64,000 nt of DNA from an uncultured Gemmatimonadales bacterium (GTDB lineage Bacteria; Gemmatimonadota; Gemmatimonadetes; Longimicrobiales; Longimicrobiaceae), in contig OY970303.1 in assembly GCA_963716255.1 (NCBI GenBank), forward strand, positions 1,920,001-1,984,000. Direction: 5' to 3'. Under the pieces are notes generated by a model. That model made no database searches and was not told the DNA's origin. It saw only the letters and a program-made list of their open reading frames with translations. The position numbers were made by a program, and so were the translations under genes. Shown in pieces: positions 1 to 7,233 of the stretch; position 1 is the stretch's first letter; every line of letters starts with the position of its first letter.

Positions 1-10
1 GGAGTACGGT

Positions 11-220
11 ATGCGTACCACGGGCACCGTGAAGTGGTTCAACGACACCAAGGGCTTCGGGTTCATCACGCCCGAGGACGGCGCGAAGGACTGCTTCGTC
101 CACCACTCGGCGATTCAGGGCAGCGGCTTCAAGTCGCTCGCCGAGGGCGACCGGGTCGAGTTCGACGTCGTCCAGGGCCAGAAGGGCCCCGCGGCCGAGA
201 ACGTCGTCCGCCTGGGCTGA
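11..220 (+). CDS. cspA: Cold-shock protein
   Basis: 69 aa with GTVKWFN, KGFGFI (RNP1), FVHHSAI (RNP2), GPAAENV; GGAG RBS at 1-4. Confidence 0.97.
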   Translation: MRTTGTVKWFNDTKGFGFITPEDGAKDCFVHHSAIQGSGFKSLAEGDRVEFDVVQGQKGPAAENVVRLG

Positions 221-258
221 GCCCGGCGGGTCCCGGCTCGCGCCGGGGCCGCTGAACG

Positions 259-306
259 AAAAGAGGAGGAGCCAGCCCGGCGTGCCGGGCTGGCTCCTCT
301 TCTTTT
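259..306. terminator. Bidirectional intrinsic terminator
   Basis: AAAAGAGGAGGAGCCAGCCCGGC-GT-GCCGGGCTGGCTCCTCTTCTTTT hairpin with A and T tails between convergent genes. Confidence 0.85.
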
Positions 307-357
307 GCGGCGCGGGGCCGCTCCCCGGCGATGGCCGGGGGCGGCCGATCCGTCCGT

Positions 358-945
358 CTACCGCTCCTTGACCGGGGCCGCGCAGCCGCAGGCGCCGCAG
401 GAGCAGAGCACTCCGCCGCACACCAGGCACTCGGACGAGGCGAAGTCGTCGAGCGCGATGCCGCAGGCGTGGCACTTGGTCCGGCGGCGCTTGGCGCCGG
501 GCGTCTTGCCGGTGGAGGTGTCGCGGACCCCCTGGTAGGTGATCCCGCGCTCCTCGAGGAACTCGCGGTGGCGGTCGATGGCGCCCTGCCTCCGCCGCTC
601 CACGGCCTCGCCCTGCGCGACGGTGCGCTCCTTCTCGCGCTCTTCCTTGAGCTCGATGCGGCGGCGGTACTCGTCGGCGGCGCGCGCCTGCTGAGCCTTG
701 TCGGTGACCTCCTGGATCTTGGAAGACACGACCTCGCGGGAGAACCGCTTGTGGCGCAGGTGCGTGAGGCTGAACAGCTCCACGTTGGTGGCCGTGGGGT
801 CGCTCACCTCGGGATCGAACACCAGGGTGTCCCCGTCGGCCGAGTGCTTCCCGATCCACATCTTCCCGCCATTGAACCCGGCATCCGCATCCGCCACGTT
901 CCCGAACCAGACGTCCTCACGCTTCCCTTCGATGCTGGTGGCCAT
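358..945 (-). CDS. Hypothetical protein with C-terminal 8-Cys zinc-binding cluster
   Basis: ATG at 945 after AAAGGA; 195 aa ending CHAC..CLVCGGVLCSCGACGC; starts 14 nt after the infA stop. Confidence 0.8.
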   Translation of the reverse strand: MATSIEGKREDVWFGNVADADAGFNGGKMWIGKHSADGDTLVFDPEVSDPTATNVELFSLTHLRHKRFSREVVSSKIQEVTDKAQQARAADEYRRRIELKEEREKERTVAQGEAVERRRQGAIDRHREFLEERGITYQGVRDTSTGKTPGAKRRRTKCHACGIALDDFASSECLVCGGVLCSCGACGCAAPVKER

Positions 946-959
946 GTGCGGACTTCCTT

Positions 960-1181
960 TCAGGTCTTGTGTCGGTAGGTGATGCGGCCCCGGGTGAGGT
1001 CGTACGGGGAAAGGGAGAGCGTGACGCGGTCCCCCGTGAGGACGCGGATCTTGAACTTGGACATCTTCCCCGCCCCGTAGGCCAGGACCATGTGCCCGTT
1101 CTCGAGCCGGACGCGGTACTTTCGGTCGGGGAGCACGTCGGTGACGACGCCCTCTACCTCGATTCCTTCTTCCTTCGCCAT
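960..1181 (-). CDS. infA: Translation initiation factor IF-1
   Basis: [13 protein letters not shown]...LENGH...GKM...IRVLTGDRV...[13 protein letters not shown], 73 aa. Confidence 0.97.
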   Translation of the reverse strand: MAKEEGIEVEGVVTDVLPDRKYRVRLENGHMVLAYGAGKMSKFKIRVLTGDRVTLSLSPYDLTRGRITYRHKT

Positions 1182-1306
1182 GCACACCCCTTTCTGCCGG
1201 GGTGACCCCGCGGCGAAAAAGACAGAGCCCACGTGGTGCGTCAGCGGAGCACACACGCGGGCGGTTCGCGGTCGAGGACCCTCCGGCCTCGGGCGAGACG
1301 TTACTA

Positions 1307-2056
1307 TTAAACCCCGGTTCCGGGATCGTTCCCCGGCCCGCCGGGCCTGCGGGCGACGGCGAGCAGGTTCTTGCCCAGCGGCACGGGCACGCGCGACTCC
1401 ACGGCGCGCAGCAGCGGCACGGCCCAGCGGTCGTACGCGGCGACGTCGCCCCCGCCCAGCCGCCGCCGCATCAGCCGGAAGACGACCAGCCAGGGGAGGA
1501 TCCCCAGGCTGTCGAAGTAGCGCAGCCGCACCACCTGGAAGCCGGCGTCCCGAAGCAGGCGCCGCAGCGGCTCGCGGTGGTAGCGGCGGTGGTGGCCGAT
1601 GGAGGCGTCGAAGTCGCTGTACAGCCAGGAGAGCGCGGGGACGAAGACGCACAGGTGGCCGCCGGGCCGGAGCGTGTCCCACACGGCGCGCAGCTCGCCG
1701 GCGTCGTCGGCGACGTGCTCCAGCACGTTGACGTACACCACGGTGTCGAACGCCTGGAGGTAGCGGCCGCGCAGCGAGGAGAAGTACGCCTGCTCGGTGT
1801 GGGCGCGGGGCTCGGCGGCCAGGCGCGCGGCGAGCCGCGGGTACATCTGGTCGGAGGGCTCCGCGGCGACCAGCCGGCGGACGGGCTCGGCGAGGAGCAT
1901 GGCGGACACGTTGCCGCTCCCCGCGCCCACCTCGGCCACGGTCTCGCCCAGGTACGGGCGGAACTCGGAGACGATCCACCGGTGGTAGTTGCGGGCGAAG
2001 GACATGGCTTCCAGGTCCCGGCCCTCGTACACCAGCGGGGCGGCCTCTGCGCTCAT
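1307..2056 (-). CDS. Class I SAM-dependent methyltransferase
   Basis: EVGAGSG motif I, NVLEHV, LRPGG, GHHRRY. Confidence 0.9.
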   Translation of the reverse strand: MSAEAAPLVYEGRDLEAMSFARNYHRWIVSEFRPYLGETVAEVGAGSGNVSAMLLAEPVRRLVAAEPSDQMYPRLAARLAAEPRAHTEQAYFSSLRGRYLQAFDTVVYVNVLEHVADDAGELRAVWDTLRPGGHLCVFVPALSWLYSDFDASIGHHRRYHREPLRRLLRDAGFQVVRLRYFDSLGILPWLVVFRLMRRRLGGGDVAAYDRWAVPLLRAVESRVPVPLGKNLLAVARRPGGPGNDPGTGV

Positions 2057-2325
2057 CGGGGCGGTGCTGCGGAGTTGGTCGTCGGACCGGCCTCGCAGGC
2101 GCGCCGATGGGGCGCGGGCGGGCCGTCATGGCGGGAGACAAGGTAGCGCGGCGCGGCGCGGACGGACAGCGAGGGTCCGTTGCGGGATCTTCCCCACGGC
2201 GGGGTCGGGTTCTTCCCTCTCGGATCTCGGGGGCACGGCGATTATCTTGGGGGCGGAGTCGATTCACCCTTCAGAGGTCCGGCCGGGACGGGGCCCACCC
2301 GCTCCGCGGCCGCAGCGAGGCAGAC

Positions 2326-2565
2326 ATGAGCACGCACCAGCGCATCCTTCTCATCCGGTCGGACGACGACACCCACCGCGAGCTGCGCGTTCGCCTGGAA
2401 AGGCACGGCTACGACGTGTACGAGGCGGACGACGAGCGGGAGGGGGTGCGGATGGCGTGGGAGCTGGAGCCGGACCTGGTCATCGGGGAGGACTCGGCGC
2501 TGGCCGGGGAGCGCGAGCAGTCGCTGGACGATGTGGTCCTTGCGATCGGGACGCTGCTGGACTGA
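2326..2565 (+). CDS. Small degenerate receiver (REC)-like protein
   Basis: 79 aa resembling the first half of a REC domain (RILLI, LERHGYDV, PDLVIG); GAGG RBS. Confidence 0.6.
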   Translation: MSTHQRILLIRSDDDTHRELRVRLERHGYDVYEADDEREGVRMAWELEPDLVIGEDSALAGEREQSLDDVVLAIGTLLD

Positions 2566-2673
2566 TCTCCGTCTCCTCACGCACGCGATCGGACGGGCGG
2601 GCGGGTGAAGGGGACGGCGCGGGCACGGCTCCTGCCGGTACGGGCGGGCTCACCCTGACGCCCTGGAGTGCGC

Positions 2674-2775
2674 ATGCCCGTCCGTTTCCGCTCCGCCGGC
2701 TGCCTGTGGAGCATCGTGGCCTCGGTGGTGCTCACCATCGTCCTGAACTTGCTGCTGCGGGTGTGCGCCGTGTAG
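2674..2775 (+). CDS. 33-aa small membrane protein (below the ORF track cut-off)
   Basis: GGAG RBS; MPVRFRSAGCLWSIVASVVLTIVLNLLLRVCAV; one hydrophobic helix; followed by a hairpin. Confidence 0.55.
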   Translation: MPVRFRSAGCLWSIVASVVLTIVLNLLLRVCAV

Positions 2776-2802
2776 GCGGACCGCGGCGGGCGTGATCTCA
2801 TT

Positions 2803-2834
2803 GAGCCCCCGGCCAGCGAACTGGCCGGGGGCTC
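2803..2834. terminator. GC hairpin, probable terminator
   Basis: GAGCCCCCGGCCAG-CGAA-CTGGCCGGGGGCTC; no strong U tract. Confidence 0.5.
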
Positions 2835-3033
2835 GCTCGTCTTGCGCGGTGCATGCTGCGGCGGGATGGGTGCTCCCTCGCGCGTGCGGCGGCGGTGCAT
2901 GGCGCAGGAAAGCGGCACGCGTGCTTAGCTTCGGTCGGCTCGTGACCCAACGGGCACGATCTGGCGCTAAAAGTGAGGCGCAATTATGCTATGGAGCGTG
3001 AGCCGGTCCGGTCCACCCCCTCCGCTCGAGCGC

Positions 3034-4395
3034 ATGGACGAGCCGCATACCTCCCCAGGCAATCTCCTCACGGCGACCCGGAAGCGCGGCGCCCCCCGCG
3101 GGCACATGCGCCACTCGGCCATCCCGCCGATGCCCAAGGATCCCCGCCGCGAGCTGGACCTGCTGCGGGACGACACCGGGCCTCTCGGCTTTCTCCTGTG
3201 GCGGATCATCTCGGACGTGCTGCTGTGGACGGGGTGCCCGCCCGAGCATCGTGTCGGGCTGTTCCGCGACGCGCGGGAGGGCAGAGGCGAGCCGCTGGCT
3301 TACGCGACGCTGGCCGCGCCCGAGCTGCGGGAGCCGCTCCGGGTGCTGCTGACTGTTTCCGTCACGCCGGAGCTGGCGGACGCGGGGGCGGTGGCGGAGG
3401 CATGCGCACGGGTCGTGGAGTGGGCAGAGGGTCAGGGTATGAAAGAGACGGCCGTGCAGTTCGCGGAGGCTGCGGCGCGGATCGAGCCGGAGGTGTCGCG
3501 TAGGGCTTACACGCCTGGACGGCTATGCAGACGGTTGGGTGCGCACCATCGCAGCGCGATGTGGTACTGGCGGGCTGCGCGGCTGGCGCGGCGGGCGCAC
3601 AAACTTGGTGTGAAAGGAAGCGAAATCGACTTTGCCAAGGCTCATCTGGGGCTAGGCAACTTGGAGCATGGACTTGGACATTACAAGCAGGCAGAACACC
3701 ACTTATTCAAAGCTGCACATGCCGCCTTGAAGATGGGACGAAAGTCTCTTGCAGCATCAGCGTATCACAGCCTGATTGGTGTCACATACGAACAAGGCCA
3801 CATAGATGTGGCACTTCAACATACGGAACAAGCCGCCCGCCTTTACCCTGCTTGCCATCCGCGTCTCCCGCTACTGGCACATGACATCGGCTTCTTCTGG
3901 CTGCGACAAAATTATTTCTCCAGTGCACTCCTTCTTTTCGAGAAGATACTGCCGTGGGTTGAAGGGCAGCATGAACGAATCTTGGTTCTTGCCAGCTTGG
4001 CTCGGTCTGCGGCAGCAGTCAAAGACCACATCAAGTTCGAGCACGCGGCAGCGGAGGTACTCGCCATAGCAGCAGCAGACAACGAACTCGCAGCTACGTC
4101 CCTCTACCACATCGCAGAGGGGGAACGGTCCTTTTGGAGGTGGGATAAGGCGGAGAGGCTCGCCACGCGTGCCCTCGGGTTAGCACGAGAGCGAGACAAC
4201 CTCCCTCTGGCTTCTGTTACGGCCTCCCTGCTTGATTCCGTTCGTGCGCAGAAGTTGGGAGACGTTGACACCGTACCTCCTAGAGGAAGCAAGATAGAAA
4301 CCGTAACGGCACTTGTCCTCCGGAAACTGCAAAAGCAACCCGCCCCGGAACTCGCGCCCGGGGCGGTTCCACCTGAACGCTATCCGACCGAGTAG
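3034..4395 (+). CDS. Cytoplasmic tetratricopeptide-repeat (TPR) protein
   Basis: Helical repeats such as AKAHLGLGNLEHGLGHYKQAEHHLFKA and SLYHIAEG..WDKAERLATRALGLA; no signal peptide; start uncertain. Confidence 0.8.
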   Translation: MDEPHTSPGNLLTATRKRGAPRGHMRHSAIPPMPKDPRRELDLLRDDTGPLGFLLWRIISDVLLWTGCPPEHRVGLFRDAREGRGEPLAYATLAAPELREPLRVLLTVSVTPELADAGAVAEACARVVEWAEGQGMKETAVQFAEAAARIEPEVSRRAYTPGRLCRRLGAHHRSAMWYWRAARLARRAHKLGVKGSEIDFAKAHLGLGNLEHGLGHYKQAEHHLFKAAHAALKMGRKSLAASAYHSLIGVTYEQGHIDVALQHTEQAARLYPACHPRLPLLAHDIGFFWLRQNYFSSALLLFEKILPWVEGQHERILVLASLARSAAAVKDHIKFEHAAAEVLAIAAADNELAATSLYHIAEGERSFWRWDKAERLATRALGLARERDNLPLASVTASLLDSVRAQKLGDVDTVPPRGSKIETVTALVLRKLQKQPAPELAPGAVPPERYPTE

Positions 4396-4405
4396 GCTAC
4401 TTGGT

Positions 4406-4795
4406 TTAGTGCCCGGTACCCATCATTCCGATACCATAGAGCGTCACAATCAAGGAATCTGACGTCGTGCTCTCACCACCCGACCCCGCCATTCCCCCAT
4501 TATTTGTCGCTATGGCGTGACCACTTCCTGCCATCCCAATCCCACCATCTCCTTCTACGTAGTGCCCGCTTCCCCCTGCCCCGATTCCCGAGACGGAATA
4601 CCCGCTTCCCGCCATGCCGATGCCACCGAAGACCGAATCTGTTGGCTCGGCGAAGTGGCCGCTGCCCGCCCATCCGAGGTTATACCTCGCACCGCCCGAG
4701 CCGCTGTCCAGACCCGTTACGCTCCCAGCGTCCTGACAGGCCGACACCGTCACGGCCAGCGCGCACACTGCGAGGGTAAAGCGAATTCTGCTCAT
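4406..4795 (-). CDS. Small lipoprotein with six Gly-rich peptide repeats (candidate signalling propeptide)
   Basis: Signal peptide with lipobox VSAC; repeats LGWAGSGH, GIGMAGSGY, GIGAGGSGH, GIGMAGSGH, GGMAGSGG and terminal GIGMMGTGH; GAGG RBS. Confidence 0.8.
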   Translation of the reverse strand: MSRIRFTLAVCALAVTVSACQDAGSVTGLDSGSGGARYNLGWAGSGHFAEPTDSVFGGIGMAGSGYSVSGIGAGGSGHYVEGDGGIGMAGSGHAIATNNGGMAGSGGESTTSDSLIVTLYGIGMMGTGH

Positions 4796-5038
4796 GGTTT
4801 CCTCATGGAGAGAAGGAGGGGGACGACTGTCTACGTCGTCAACTTACGCAGCACGGAATGCGTCAGCAACGATGGTATGGGACTAAAGCGTCACTCACGA
4901 CGGTACGCCTCTCCCGACCGAAGCATTCGTGAGTGACCACCTTGTGACGAAACGCCTCCAAAGGATTGACGCTCGGAATCACCCCAGCGTACCGTGGCCG
5001 CAGGCGTGTCCACAATGTCCACGAAGGGGTGAATCCGC

Positions 5039-5785
5039 ATGCCCACGATCCGGCCGCTTTCCCCGCTCGAAACGGGCATCCTGACTTACCTGAGCGGCGA
5101 GGCGCTGCACGGGCGCGGCTGGCTGCGCCGGGGCGTCCGCGGCTGGCGGCTGTACTCCGAGGTCAAGGACGAGCTGCAGGACGCCTACATCGCCGAGCGG
5201 CTGCCTCACCTGGCGCGGCTTGAGCTGCTGGACCGGCTGGACGTGGTGGAGTTCGGCAGGAAGCGCGCGACGCTCCTGTACCGCATCGCACAGGAGGGCG
5301 AGCGGCGGCTCGCGGAGCTGGAGGGCCGGCCGTGCGAGGCCATCCCCCCGCCGGAAGCCGAGGACCGCGGGGGCAACCTCTTCGTCCCGGCGCCCACCTG
5401 GAGCGCGCTACTGACTCTCCAGCGCTGCGCCCGGGAGCGGATCGGGCCCGTGCGCCTGGGCGAGCACGGGTGGATGTCCATCGGCGAGATCGGCGCGGGG
5501 CAGCCGACGCTCCGGCACGACGACCTCACTTGGCTGGTGCGGCGCGGCCTGGCCGAGCTGCGGAAGGTGTCTATCGGGGGGGGAGGAGGGATGCGCACGC
5601 TGTACCGGCTCACCGCGCCGGCAATGCGGGCGGAGGCGCTTGATGCCGTGCCCGCCCCAGGCGGGCAAGTGGAGATGGTAGAGACCCGGGTGCCGGAGGA
5701 GGCGGGACCCACGCGCGTGCCGAGCCGGCGGCTCGCGCCTGGCTCCGGGTCCCGGCGCCGCTCCGGCGCCGTGGGCCGGCCGTAG
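5039..5785 (+). CDS. Hypothetical protein, possibly tandem winged-helix
   Basis: Two similar halves ending LARLELLDR..LYRI and LVRRGLAE..LYRL, as in wHTH helix and wing; GC-rich coding style. Confidence 0.6.
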   Translation: MPTIRPLSPLETGILTYLSGEALHGRGWLRRGVRGWRLYSEVKDELQDAYIAERLPHLARLELLDRLDVVEFGRKRATLLYRIAQEGERRLAELEGRPCEAIPPPEAEDRGGNLFVPAPTWSALLTLQRCARERIGPVRLGEHGWMSIGEIGAGQPTLRHDDLTWLVRRGLAELRKVSIGGGGGMRTLYRLTAPAMRAEALDAVPAPGGQVEMVETRVPEEAGPTRVPSRRLAPGSGSRRRSGAVGRP

Positions 5786-5859
5786 GCGGCGGCGGACATC
5801 CGGGTCCCGGGGCCTGAAACGTCCACGTTCGAGGTGCGGGACCCAGAACACGCGAGCAC

Positions 5860-6270
5860 ATGGAGAGAGAGGACGGAGGGAGCACGCTGGAGCGGGTCGC
5901 GCGGGAGGAGGCGGTGCGGAGGCTGCTGCGCCGCGAGCTTCTGCACCTGCCGCAGCGCCTGCTCTCGCCGCTTGTGGGTATCGACCGCAACTCGCTGCGC
6001 AAGTTCCTCGCGCTGAGCCGGCCCGAGCCCGCCACGTGGCGCCGGTTGCGCGCGTGGGCCGCCGACCACCCGCCAGCCGAGCCCGCGCCGGGAGCCATGG
6101 CCCTGGCGCTCCTGGCGGGCGAGTTCCCCGCCCCGCGGCGGCTGTGGGCCCGCCGCCGCCTGGCCGACGCCCTGCACGACCTGTACGTGGAATTGGACCG
6201 CCAGCCGCCGCCCTGGCTGGCGGAGGAGCTGTCGGACGTGAGCGACGAGCCCCCCGGCCAGGCGACCTGA
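5860..6270 (+). CDS. Hypothetical protein with N-terminal XRE-like HTH
   Basis: QRLLSPLVGIDRNSLRKFL...P...TWRRLRAW pattern. Confidence 0.6.
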   Translation: MEREDGGSTLERVAREEAVRRLLRRELLHLPQRLLSPLVGIDRNSLRKFLALSRPEPATWRRLRAWAADHPPAEPAPGAMALALLAGEFPAPRRLWARRRLADALHDLYVELDRQPPPWLAEELSDVSDEPPGQAT

Positions 6271-6311
6271 CCGGGGGGCTCTCCCGTTTCCGAACCGCCG
6301 GAACGGTGGGT

Positions 6312-6971
6312 TCAGCTCTTCTTCTCGCTCCTCCCGGCGGGGAGCGGCGGCTTCCGTGATTCGCAGTCGTCGCGGCTGTAAAGGCCTCGCAGTGTCCTCT
6401 GGGCCGGGTCGTCGGCGGGGAGCTTGGCCATCACGGCTCCCTCCAGCGCCTCGACGTCATGCAGGTCGGTGAGGGTGGTGTCGATCTGGGACACGCTCGG
6501 ACGCGAGCCTTCCGCCAGGCGCACGACGAACACGTTCCCGTTCGACACGGAGTACCGCCGGCCGTCGATCTCCACACTCTGCCACAGGGCGTCGTAGTCG
6601 GCCTCGAAGCGCACTTCCGCGGCAGACGCTCCGTCGTCCAGACGCCAGCTCCGAGCAGCCGTGTGGTGATGGCCGTCACTGCCGCTCGACCTGCCGATCT
6701 CGGTGGCCGAGGCGGACGGAAGGAGGAGCACGACGTGATAGGCCGCTTCACCCCGCTTCTACTGCCTCCAGCTCACCCAGCGAGGCCCCCCGACGCTGAA
6801 GAAGCTCACGGGCTTTCCCGTGAAGTCCATGACGCTCGACGCGTTCGGGACCACCGCCCTGGAGGCGCGCATCCACGCCTCCCGCCCAGCCGGGAAAGCC
6901 ACCGCCGGGACAAGCACATTCAGCAGGACGAGCGAGACGGCGAGCGCGATCCACTTCGCGGAGGCTCCCAT
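6312..6971 (-). pseudogene. Secreted or membrane-anchored hypothetical gene with an in-frame TAG
   Basis: ATG at 6971 with GGAG RBS; ORFs 6759-7061 and 6312-6731 share one frame separated only by TAG at 6759-6761 (WRQ*KRGEAAYHVVLLL). Confidence 0.6.
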
Positions 6972-7233
6972 GGCAATCTCCAATGATGGCGCGTGTCGGT
7001 TCGGCACAGCCGCGATGCGTCGTTGCGCCTCTCGAAGCAGGTTGCAGGCCGGTGCTCGCATTTATCTACAGTTTCCACGAACCACGCGGAAATCGGAGGA
7101 ACGCGCGAGAAAGAGCACGGGAGTGTGGGCAGCCGGGATGGGACACGCCTGGGACGATGGTGTGGCGGTCTAGCCTACACCGACCACACCCTTCACGTCG
7201 AGTAGCGCCCTTCCACCGCGAAGAGCAGGTCCG

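Noticed and set aside
4406..4795. Peptide gene as mere low-complexity Gly-rich sequence
   Set aside because: The repeats have a defined register, the spacers are not Gly-rich and the last unit ends exactly at the C-terminus, so it was kept as a finding
6759..6761. Pyrrolysine or programmed readthrough at the TAG
   Set aside because: No pyl genes or recoding signal seen; TAG is a normal stop elsewhere in the window
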